From: Octopus bimaculoides
Taxonomy: Eukaryota
DNA length: 64,000 nt
Assembly: GCF_001194135.2 (NCBI RefSeq)
Contig: NC_068984.1
Location: 119,449,943 to 119,513,942, forward strand
Direction: 5' to 3'
Under the pieces are notes generated by a model, which did not search any database, was not told the DNA's origin, and saw nothing but the letters and a program-made list of their open reading frames with translations. Below are positions 26,721 through 38,200 of the stretch, one piece after another; within the stretch, counting starts at the first letter, position 1; the number at the start of each line of letters is the position of its first letter. The position numbers were made by a program, and so were the translations under genes.

Positions 26721-28192
26721 TTTAGGCCTAACACATCACTCAATGACCTAATTCAGCAAGTGTGCATTTCCATGTGATCTTGCTAATACACTGATAAGAA
26801 ATCTAACACCATCATACTCATTTTCAAGATATCATTATGCATGCTGCATCTGATATCCAACAATATTTAACATATTTTGTTCAGAATGATTCCATATGCC
26901 CTCCACTTCAGTTACTATGTGTGGGACCTTTCAAAGTTCTCAGCAGAGCACCACAGTATTTTCTCATAGTTAGTAACAGGAAAACTGCCAAAAACTCAGC
27001 TTAAACCCTACGCAACAACTACTTGTCTCACCAAACCAATCCAAAAATATCAGCATATTCTTTCACTGAAAACTCCACTTCTGTTCCAATGGCAAGAACA
27101 AGATTTGGTGAGCAAGTATGTTGACCATTGCATTATATCTAGTATTAGGAATTGGAATGTAAATTTTTTTGCCAGGATAGTGTGCAACAGGAGAGACTGT
27201 GCTAGTCTGGTCATGTGATACAGATGGATGAGGGCAGTTGCATAAAGAAATGCCAATCATTTAAAATGGAGAGAAGCTGAGGAAAAGGGAGACCCAGGAA
27301 AATGTGGGATTAAGTTCTGAATGCCGATACCAAAATGCAGAGCCTTATGAAGGGGATGACAGAAGACCAAGATATGTGGTATATTGTTGTACTCAAGGAG
27401 ACCTGCCTAACTCAACAGAAATGATATCCTAAAATCAAGGTGTCACATACAAAGCACTGGTGATGGTAGTGGAGCTGGTACTATTAAAAACACTGGTGCT
27501 AGTGACATGTAAAAAACTCTGGTGATATACCACATAGAAAGTACTTGTGATGGTACCATATAAAAAGCACCCAGTACACTCTGTAAAGTGGTTGGCATTT
27601 GGAAAGGCATCCAGCTGTAGAAACCAAGCCAAAACAGATTATGAAACTTAGTGCAGTCCCTGGGCTTGCCAGTTCCTGTCAAGCCATCCAACCTATACAG
27701 GCAAGGAAAATGGATGTTAAATGATGATGATGATGGTGATGATGATGATGATGCTGACAACAACGATGATTACATTTGTATCTGAAGTTTGCTTGTTGTT
27801 GCATGACCAACTCTCTGTAGTGGGAATGATGCAACAAATCTCTGCTTAGGCTCAAAACCAGGTTTTATTTATTGTAATCATGAAATAGTGATACACAAGA
27901 GCCAGACACATCAAATAAACTAATAACATCAGCAACAAGCTGTCCATTGCAGTTTGCTTTCATGCCTCTATCTACTATCTTATTCAATCAGCATATTACC
28001 TTTCAATCTGTGTTTGCTCCCACCACACCATCGCTTGACAATTGATGTTGGTGTGTTTATGTCCCCGCAACTTAGTGGTTTGGCATAAGAGACTGATAGA
28101 ATAAGTACTAGGCTTACAAAGAATAAGTCCTGCGGTTGACTTGTTCGACTAAAGGTGCTACTCCAGCATAGCAGCAGTCAAATGACTGAAAA

Positions 28193-28244
<52 letters not shown>

Positions 28245-28576
28245 GCACAATCATTACCATTTGACATCCCTTGTTCTATGCTGGCATGAGTTGAACAACT
28301 CAATATGAACTGTGCTGAACTCCAGTGTGTGCTTTGACATGGTTTCTACAGCTGGATATCCTTCTGAATACAAACCACTTCACAGAGTGTACTGGATGCA
28401 TTTTTTGTGGCACTAACACTGGTGAGGTCACCAAGTATTTCGCAAGACATGACTACTCAACTGAATGACAATATTAAGGGATATGAAGGTATGATAGAGG
28501 GGTAGGAACAGATGTCTTGCTGGAGAAGTGAATATATATCTGGACAGAAAGAGATGAGGTCAAAGCAGAAGGTGAA

Positions 28577-28613
<37 letters not shown>

Positions 28614-28769
28614 CAGAGAGAGACAGACAACAGAACAGAAAAGGTGGGTAGATGAACAGAAAAGGTGGTTAGATAAGTGAGCTGGAGTGAAAACAGTGAC
28701 ATGATTAGAGATGGGGATTGAGCTGTAGGTAGTGAATATCAATTTGGGTGAGGAGACATGAAAGGAAAT

Positions 28770-29620
28770 AGGAGTGGGTCAGAGAAGAGGAGGCAATAAG
28801 GGACAGTAGCAGGGATGCAATTAAATGTAGAGGGCTAAGTGGTATCATTTACAGCAACTCAAAAGATTGATGGATAGATGTTAGAAGATGAGTTGCGGGG
28901 AAAGGTTTGACAGGACTTCAATTCTGCTGAGATGGACAGGTCTCCTCAAGCACAGCATATCACAATTCATCTCCTCCAAAAGGCTCAGCATCTTGAGGTC
29001 ATCTTCTCTATTTCCTCCTACATCATCTTGGATCTGTCTCTTCCACAGGCTCCTTCCTTATTTAGCAATCAGCACTTCACATGACTATACCAGCAGTCTT
29101 CTCTCTTGTACACCACATCTGATGGCTCTTATGCCCAATTTTTCTCTCAGTACATTTGTACTTTGTTGTACATGCACACTAACATTGCACATCCATTGGA
29201 GAATACTAATTTCATCTCTTCTAATTCTTTGCATGCTCTCTGCATCCACAGCCCAAGTTTCACAACCATGAAGCATTACTGTTCATATGCAGGCATCATA
29301 CAATCTGCCTTTCATTCTGAGAGATGCCTTTTTTTTAAATAGAAATAGAAATCCTCTGAACTGTCTCCAGCCAGTTCATATTCTAGCAATGATACATTCA
29401 GAGCATCTTCCTTCACTGCTAATTTGATCACCTAAATAATAGAAACGTTCTACTACTTCTAGGAAGCCTCCTGGGTATTTCAGAACTATTTCCCATGTGC
29501 TCTTATTTTTTATTGCTCCTACATATCTGCCAAAAACAAACTCTGCTTTCACTGTTAATCTTCCTGTAATTCCACTGCACCTATAATATGTCCATAGTTT
29601 CTACAAATCTGGAAAACTAT
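28770..29620 (-). mobile_element. Decayed RTE-type LINE (same family as 11.8 kb)
   Basis: MLHGCETWAVDAESMQRIRRDEISILQWMCNVSV...LREKLGIR; upstream KLWT..RCSGITGRL. Confidence 0.8.
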
Positions 29621-29693
29621 GTTGTGTGGAAACTATTGTAGTGATTACAAATAAATGTTCTTCTGCACTCCTTCTTGATAACTTCAACTTATT

Positions 29694-29736
<43 letters not shown>

Positions 29737-29869
29737 TTCTTGCTTGCTTCATGCTCATGGTTGATGAAACTGGGGTCACCCCAGGTTAGTGGACCCAGAG
29801 ATGCCATCATGCAAAGAGCTGACCAGGTCCACCAGTGCTCTCTATTGATGAAGGTCCCGTGCCAGCCCC

Positions 29870-30420
29870 TCTGCATCCCTTGAGGTGACATTGAGCCTCT
29901 GGAGATCTTCCCCAATCACATCTAGCCATCTGGTGTGGGGCCTGCCACAAGGCTTCTTCCAGCCTGCAGTTGCTGCATCAAATGAGTGTAAAGCCCTGGT
30001 AGGATGATCTAGCAGGAGATGGAGGACAAGTCCATACCAGAGCATGCAACGGATAGTTATGAAGTGAGAAGCTGCAGGCTGATGTGTGTGCACACACAGT
30101 TCTGTGCTGGAAATATGATGGTATCTTCTGATGTTCTCAATGGTTGTTATTGAAGCCATTGATCCTCTTTGCCAGGTCTTCGAGAGGTGTCACATTTCTG
30201 CTCCACCGAGGAAATTGGAGAGGGTCAATGCATTGTAGATGCAGAACTTCGTCTTCCAGAACACAGAACAGTGCTGTCAAAGGGGCTTCCATAGGAAGTA
30301 CATGACCGCAGTAGCCAGACCACATCTGTGGCTGATCCCCAGGATCAGGTCTCCACTGAAGCCAAGGTACATGAAGGAGCTGACAAACATCATGACATTG
30401 GAGCCAATCAACATCCTCAT
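29870..30420 (-). mobile_element. RTE-clade LINE C-terminal remnant (different family)
   Basis: LWYGLVLHL..HPTRAL...GWKKPCGRPHTRWLDVIGEDL. Confidence 0.7.
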
Positions 30421-30575
30421 CAGCATTTAATGTTTATTGTCCATACTGACATGGATTGGATGGTATGACCTGAGCTGGCAAGCTGGGGAGCTGCCCCAGA
30501 CTCCAGTCTGATTTGGCATGGTTTCTATGGCTGGATGCCCTTTCTAACACCAACCACATTTTTATTGCTTTTCTT

Positions 30576-30607
<32 letters not shown>

Positions 30608-30774
30608 NNNNNNNNNNNNNNNNNNNNNNNNNNNNNNNNNNNNNNNNNNNNNNNNNNNNNNNNNNNNNNNNNNNNNNNNNNNNNNNNNNNNNNNNNNNNN
30701 NNNNNNNNNNNNNNNNNNNNNNNNNNNNNNNNNNNNNNNNNNNNNNNNNNNNNNNNNNNNNNNNNNNNNNNNNN

Positions 30775-30825
<51 letters not shown>

Positions 30826-31067
30826 CAGTATTAGGCTTATCGACGCAATTATGTCCCACCGACTTTGTTTCCTCATAACTCCCAGAAAAAAAGGATATTT
30901 TTAAATGAAATTTTCTAAAAAATACACTTCAGATGGTGTAGATTCTGATTATATCGGAACTTGTGAAAAACACTTCCGTGGTGGGGATAGGAGTCTTAGA
31001 GAATTCATACGAGTCGGCTCTATTTCTTGAAAAATGGTTATTTTTAGATGAAAATTCCTACCAATAC

Positions 31068-31279
31068 ATTATTTACATTTGACGGATATTTGTCCTCATC
31101 TTGTTTGTTGTTAATACAACGTTTCGGCTGATATACCCTCCAGCCTTCATCAGGTGTCTTGAGGAAATTTCGAACCTGGATTTTCATTCCCATCAGCCGA
31201 AACGTTGTGTTAACAACAAACAGGATGAGGACAAATATCCGTCAAATGTAAATAATTCCTCATCTCTTAAATATAGAAC
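31068..31279. mobile_element. 212-bp palindromic hammerhead-bearing element with 12-bp TSD
   Basis: Arms of about 62 bp (31068-31132 vs 31192-31256) plus a 23-nt tail; TSD TCCTACCAATAC at 31056-31067 and 31280-31291. Confidence 0.8.
31112..31160 (-). ncRNA. Minimal type I hammerhead ribozyme (Penelope-type)
   Basis: Minus strand GACAC-CTGATGA-A-GGCTG(gagggtatat)CAGCC-GAAACGTT-GTATT: core intact, 5-bp stem II, palindromic AACGTT stem III typical of dimer-active PLE hammerheads. Confidence 0.72.
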
Positions 31280-31852
31280 TCCTACCAATACGTTTCAGAG
31301 TGTGTAAGTTACGATTATATCAGAATCTGACGCAAAAAGAAAAATGGTGAGCACGCACACATACATACTGACACACATCACAATATTTTTTCAAAATTTC
31401 GAATTTCATTTTCTAGATATGTGTTGTGTTGTCAGCATGTATTTGTGCGAGCTCACCACTTTTTTTTCTTCAAATCAAATTCCGATATAATCGTAATCTA
31501 CAGACTCTGAAAAGTATTTGTAGAAAATTACATTAAAAAATATCAATTTTTCTGAAAGTTATGACGAAACAAAGCCTACTCGCGCGAATTTTCCGAAACA
31601 CTTCTTATCTATGGAAAAAAAATATTTTCACAACAAATTCCGATTTAATCAGAATCTACACCATTAGAAGTGTATTTGCAGAAAATTTGATTAAAAAAAA
31701 AATCAATCTATTTTTTCTGGAAGCTATGAAGGAAACGTAGACGAGTGGGGCACACTTGTGTAGGTATGCCATTATTATCATGCATATACATACAGAGTGG
31801 GTTTCTGACCATAACCACTAAGATATTGTTTGACGATATATATATATATATC

Positions 31853-31947
31853 TTTTGGGCGCAGATTGGCCTCACTAGCCATCTGCGGACTCACAAAGCA
31901 AGCCCACCCTCACCCCAGGATGACTAGATGGTCTTCGTCGCATCGAT
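31853..31947 (+). mobile_element. Short 3'-end fragment related to the 44.4-46.2 kb RTE
   Basis: Encodes AQIGLTSHLRTH (cf. AQIGLISHL) followed by gatggtcttcgtcgcatcg and a CA tail. Confidence 0.75.
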
Positions 31948-32068
31948 ACACACACATGTATGTGTATATATACATACATACATACACATGTATATGTGTG
32001 TGTGTGTGTGTATATATATATGCATGCATATATACATCCACATGTGCTTCGACACGTGATAACTACAT

Positions 32069-32106
<38 letters not shown>

Positions 32107-32669
32107 CACACATCATGCACATTATATATGCTCCCTACACATCAATCATAGAAGAGTTGTCGACCAAACAATCCCGATGTTATGAATGCTTTAATAAGTT
32201 ACTGTACGATCGATTAAAAAAAAAAAGATTTTTTTTTCTTTTTTAAGAATAAAAATATTTTTGCAAAATCTTAACGCGAAAACAAAAAGAAATTCTTTGA
32301 TTAACTTTGTTGTATTTTGTAACAGTTGTCTATAATAAAAATTATTAGCGTGTCGTAAGTTTGTTGGAGTTAATGGTGTATACGAAGAAAAACAGAAGAA
32401 AGATTATTTTCAAATAATTTTCCTTCCGCATATGATTATTAGAGAAGATTAAGAAATGCTCACGAAAGCAAGTTATAATTGAGTAATAATAAATAAAACC
32501 TGGTAGCGACTTGACGTGAATCATTCCAATAATAATAGTTTTTGATCGTTGAAATAGTTTCACAAACGCCTCCATGTTTACATTTGGTGATAGGAAATGT
32601 ATGTACGGTTTCCATGTGATGACTATGGATGTACATACACGGTTGAGTATTCAATGAATTTAGAATTTA

Positions 32670-34070
32670 TATGACGTCAAATATTTATTTTGAGCAATGC
32701 AACTTAACGAAACACCAATGTTTATTACATTATTTTAAAAATAAGAACAAATTGGTAACTTGTAATATCGCTTACGTTTCAATGAATTAATGATATTAAG
32801 GAAAGACGCTCTTCCATCCTAGTATCGTAACCATGGATACGGCATCTCTATCAGCCAATGAAAATGAAGTAGTAAACCCAGCTAGGTTTCTTGCACTGTT
32901 ATTGTGGTTTGATTTATTGTATAAAAGTCGCGTATTTTAATACCGCTTAATTTTCAAAACAATTGCAATTTATTCTCTGAGTAATTAGCTATCGAACAAC
33001 ATGCAACTTGCCGGGTATTCATGCTTTATTTCTAAAAAATCAATTTTTCTATCACACGTTCTCGCTAACACCATCAAATGTAAACTTGTCTGTTTATGGA
33101 ATTATTCATCAACTTTAGAAACATTTTGATTGAAAAAAAGTTACAAAACCTCTCGAATGACATTCTAAGATGATTTTATTGGTTAAATCTATCATTTAGA
33201 AGTTATTGAACACATTAAAATTTAAGAGAAAAACGAAACTCCAAGCTGCCTTCAATGACTCGGTTGTATGTATCGGAATAATTTGCATCATGTGTGAAGT
33301 ACGGTGTCGACCAAACATCAGATTATTGAAAGATTGGAATTTTTGTGATATTAAATTAATATTTTTTGATTTTCTGCATTTTGATAACCATTTACATGCG
33401 CATTGATAAGGTTGAAATTGGCGGGACTAACTGTGAATGCTGCCACGGTAGTTCTTTCATTTCACTTCGGTCTACCATCGGGTGCGGACATGGCTTGCTG
33501 CTGTTAGCTTCACATCTTCAATTTGCAGCAACAACTTAGAATATCTTTATTATAATTTAAAAAAGGTGAATAATTACTGATGTAACTAATTTAAGATTTA
33601 AAATTGAAGTATTAATCGCCGACGTGGAAGTTTTTTTTTTTTTTTGCAACAACTAGAGCAATTCATTTTCGACTTAGAATCTGTTGCGGTCTTGATTATA
33701 TATTTTTATCATTCCTAAATGTTGAAAGAAAAGAAATTATTAATACTTTATTAACATTCGAAGCCAGTTTTAGCTTTTATTTTTTAATTATTAACTGAGA
33801 ATAGGCGGAAGTGAAATATTTTCTCGATGGGGGACAACTATAAAGCCATGAAAACTTTTGGATAGGGGAAAAATTCCACTTCGGCTTCTACACATTTGTT
33901 AGAATAACGCTCATAGAAGTATCTTAAAATGATTAATTTTCGACAAGATATTCTTTATTTAATCTTCCTGACCATATAATTTCAGATTTACCGCTGCTGC
34001 GGATTGACTATGCTCTGTAGAAGGTAAGTAGATAACTTAAGTAAAATTGTTGCCGCCATTTTCGAACTTG
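32670..34070 (+). promoter_or_regulatory. Putative cyclin E promoter / 5' region
   Basis: Visibly CpG-richer than the flanks. CRE TGACGTCA 32672-32679; CCAAT box AGCCAATGA 32853-32861; ATTGG overlapping an E2F-type TTGGCGGGA 33417-33426; ETS-like GCGGAAGTG 33805-33813; YY1 motif GCCGCCATTTT 34052-34062. The TSS cannot be fixed from sequence alone. Confidence 0.6.
34010..34023 (+). CDS. CCNE: Cyclin E first coding exon (MLCR-R); exon starts at 33986 after a ttcag acceptor
   Basis: ATG at 34010 and AG|gtaagt donor at 34024; phase 2 joins in frame to 34132. The pattern resembles the MSRR start of vertebrate cyclin E2. Confidence 0.75.
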
Positions 34071-35244
34071 TCTTTCTATGTCAGTTCATATTCTTTACAG
34101 TTTTAATAACTTTTTGTTTCATTATTTCCAGATCAAAAGTTAAACCTGCCATGAACAATGTGTTAAAGGCTGATAACAAAAAAAGAAAACCCCAAGATGT
34201 AAGTATAAATTTATTAATTTAGCCTTATTGCAACCGGTATCAGTGAAGTTAACGTTGGAGGTCTTTGTTCGCTAAGAAGCTATCAGACAACAAATAAATG
34301 TGATATACAGGCCTTGATACCTATTTTTTTCTAACTTCCAGACTTCTAATGTGACTACAGCGGCTAACAAGAAAAAACGAAGATATCCAATAAAGGTAAC
34401 ATGAGCTTAATTTCTTTATTTTACATTTTTTATAGGTCGTCTTTTAAAGTAGTCGTTCTTCGTTTATCGGCAATTTTTGTTTGGCGCCCTGTGACTTAGT
34501 AATCTGCGTTTTTCACGTAATTTTTATTAATTATTTTGCTTAAAATATTTTCTAATGTGTAGTATAAGGTTTAAAGATAACTTCTATCCAATTTAATTAA
34601 GTACCTAGTTCCATGTAAGTAATATTCTTTAACTTTTTCCCCCTTCGTCTCCACTTGGTCACTCCCAGTTCATTTGCAATATTTTTCATGATCATTAAGT
34701 CGGGGATCAGATTCCTGCATCTCTTAAAACAGCTTTATTTCATAATTTTTATCTCTAACATGCAACATCTTTTAGATATAATTTCTTTTTTTTTTTTCAT
34801 ACATTATCTGAAGCTACATTTAATATTTTTCTCGGTACCTTAGACCCCTTTACCTTCATTATACTACGATTGATAATCAATAAAGAAAAATCCTCAGTAG
34901 AAATCTTTTGGGATCTTATCTACAAAACTGTTCTTAACTAAACTTTTTAGAAATTTGCTGTCATGTTTCCTCTTTTATGTCTTCTAAAAATTTCTCAAAG
35001 GGAAGACAACATTGACTTGATATATGTATGCCACGTCTTAGATATGAAAAAAAGATATTTATTAACTTGTAATACTCTTTTTTTTTTAATCCTTTACAAA
35101 GACTCTTGTAGACTTATTAAATTCCGTAACATCTTTTTATTTTTCTTTAAGGTAGTATGACTTAACAATGGTCTTCAAATATATATTCCTTATCTAGATT
35201 GTTTTCTATTTTCATATAACCCCCTCCCGATCCGTGTATTTTTT

Positions 35245-35292
<48 letters not shown>

Positions 35293-38200
35293 ATATTTAT
35301 ATATAGATATAGATTATACATATATGTGTGAGTGCGTGTGTGTTTTCTCCCCCTCTCACCATCTATTGTAATTTTTCGAACCTCTCTCGCTAGGCCACAG
35401 CTGTATGTAAATTTTGAGGTTCTGATAAAAGAGCTGACAGCTGCGAGCTTATTATTCCGCCAAACATTGCATTTTTGCGCACTAAAGTGTTTGAGGCGCA
35501 AAAGAGGCTGTATGGCTGCAAGTTGTCAGGTAATGGAAAATGTATTTGTGTATGAATTAGTCAATTTTTAATATATTGAACTGAAAAATGCATTTCGATT
35601 GATTTTTTTAAATTTTATTTTTGTAAGCTCCCGTCATTTCTCACCTTAGTTCATCTCGCAAACGCTTAATACTAAACGGTGAGGTCGACCCTCCACCACC
35701 GCCACTACCTAGATGGTCTATGTATCTAGGTCAATGTTAAGACACCCACACCAGATTAGTACCAAGGAATTTCTTAAAGTTGCTTGGTTGGCGTTAAGAT
35801 GTGCTGTAATTGTTTCTAGAGTCTTTCTTAAAATACCTTAATCCTTTATAATTTTTTTTTTAATCTGAGAAGCCATTTCGCATTTTGAAGATTACAGTTT
35901 TTTGTGGGAATGTGAGAAACTTGATTTTAAGTTTATGAGTGTATTTAATATTTCTTTATGCAATTTTGCCATTTTATTATATCTTTCAGAATCAATACTT
36001 ATCAATAATAGATAAACCTATGGTTGCCACTTGTTCCATTGTCACCGCACCCGAAGATCCTGGTTCAACAGCAAGTACAAGTAGACATTCCACCCAACCA
36101 GAATTAGTTGGCGGCTCACATTTTCGTTTTAAAAATTATTTGGTAACTCCAAACAATGCAAAACATTCGCCCCTTCCTAAACTCAGCTGGGCTGATTCCC
36201 ATGAAGTTTGGCAGGTTATGTTGGAAAAAGAAAACAGTTATACTAAAGATCCCTGTATGTTGGATCGGCATCCCTCTTTACAGTCAAAGATGAGGGCAAT
36301 TTTATTAGATTGGCTTATTGAGGTGAGTTTATGAATCATTAAGAAAAAAATTGATGATTGCACCCTATGCAATTCGATTTTTTTTTTAAATAGTTTACTT
36401 TTGGGAGCTTTGGTTAAGACTTGTCAACTGGTATTTGAAGAAAGACTTTTGAATATCCAGTAAGATTATACTTTTCAGCATGTTAACCTGCATGCTGTAG
36501 CAGTATTTGGGTTGCATAACTGTGCATATCCAGAAGTAGAGTGCAAAGTGCCTCTTGCTTCTGTAAAGAAACTCAACTATGGATATGTGTATGTAAGAGG
36601 GACTATGAACAACTAGCAGCCAACTGATGGGAGAGAATAATCTTTAACTCTTTAGCTTTCAGATTACTCTGTCTTGCAATTGCTTATTCATTCACATTGT
36701 TTCGAATTCATCACACATTATCTTGCAGTTATAAAATTTAAGTGACTTATTAATTTTTTAGAATGACCTAGTTTAGGTGTAAGAGGCTGGTTTAAACATA
36801 AAACAGGTAGAATATTTGGACCAGATATATCCAGTTTAAATACTAAAGGGTTAAGGGGAAATGATAGCCATATCATCAGTACTTTGTATATGGTGTGGCT
36901 TGCATTTTGTTGGGTGGTATAAAGCAGCAATATGAAATGATTCGTTCATTTAATATTATGGAGCAAAAATAATTAGCTCCCATGGCTCAGTTTGAGGCAA
37001 ATTTTCTGTAGCTGGAGGCCTTTCCTGTTGCCAACCCTTAACTGATTCCAAGCAAGGTAATATTTTCTCATGGCCAGACATGTCTTTGCAGAATATTGGA
37101 AATAAACGACATTTATTTAGAACAATTGCTCATTGTCAACAAACACAATGGGCTTTTTTCAGTTTCTGTCTATCAAATCCACCTACAAGGGTTTGGTCAG
37201 TCCAGAACTATAGTAGATATTTGGCCAAGGTGATACATAGTGGGGCTGAACATAGCAGTTGGGAAGCAAATTTTAAATATTTTTAGATATATTTAACAAC
37301 TTACAGGCTTGGCTTTTCTCTCCTCCAAACTGTCCTGGAAAATCAATCTACCTTCTGAATGCGTGGTCGGACCTACCAGAATGGAAGTGAGCCTTATAGA
37401 ATGCATTTTCATGCCTTCAAATATAGTAAATAAAGCAAGATAGCTGAAATTTTAAATTCCCCACTACAAAAAAAAAAATCATGTATGACATACTCTATTT
37501 CAGTGACTTCGATTTTGGTACATTGCTCATTGAAATTGTGGTTGAAGTACATTAGATAAGGAAGTTGGGCTTGGTGTGTTTTGAAAATACCAATTCCATG
37601 CCCATTTTAAAAATAGATATTGAATCAGATGGATAATAGGTTTTGATCATGGAACTAAATGTTCACTTGTCAAGATGTCCAGTATTGAGTGGCTCTTCTG
37701 TATTTAGAAGTTAGAATGTTTTCTGTTTTTGGCAACATTCATTGTTACAAAATGAATGTAATTAAAGCTTTTGAGTAGGTGGTGGGAAGGTTGTTGCTTT
37801 ATGGATTGATATGTACTGAATGTTGCCTCTCACATGGTAATTGTTTATTTTTGGTTGCATGACTTGAAGTTTTTTTTCTGTTTTGTTTTTAGGTATGTGA
37901 AGTATATAAGTTACATCGAGAGACCTATTATTTATCACTCGATTTTATAGATCGTTATTTGTCAAAAGAAAAATGTGTGATTAAACATCAACTTCAACTT
38001 ATAGGAATCACTTCGCTGTTTATTGCAGCCAAGTTGGAGGTGAGTTTTCTAAATTATTTTTTAAAATTTACAAAATTACACATCTCAAATTACTAGCAAT
38101 TGGAGAGTTCATTCTTCATGCTGACTTTTTAAGCTACTCAATCCCATGTTACCAACCCACCTAGTACCATCTTTATTAATGTTTATATCATCATCGTCGT

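Larger units (their letters stand above)
30834..31770. mobile_element. Old foldback/MITE-like palindromic element with internal subrepeats
   Basis: The left half aligns to the reverse complement of the right half from GGC(T/A)TA termini to a centre near ttcgaa at about 31400; arms carry a ~120-bp subrepeat; roughly 70-75% identity by eye. Confidence 0.65.

Noticed and set aside
1-32000. A divergent neighbour such as C19orf12 (upstream of CCNE1 in human)
   Set aside because: No exon with its glycine-rich motif, or any other recognisable host exon, was found by eye. Small exons could have been missed.
32920-32926. TATAAAA as the cyclin E TATA box
   Set aside because: Common by chance in AT-rich DNA and over 1 kb from the first identifiable exon; no supporting Inr evidence.
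33462-33507. Overlapping micro-ORFs at the promoter (- strand MSAPDGRPK*, + strand MACCC*)
   Set aside because: Too short to distinguish from chance. With the TSS unknown, neither a uORF nor a divergent first exon can be supported.
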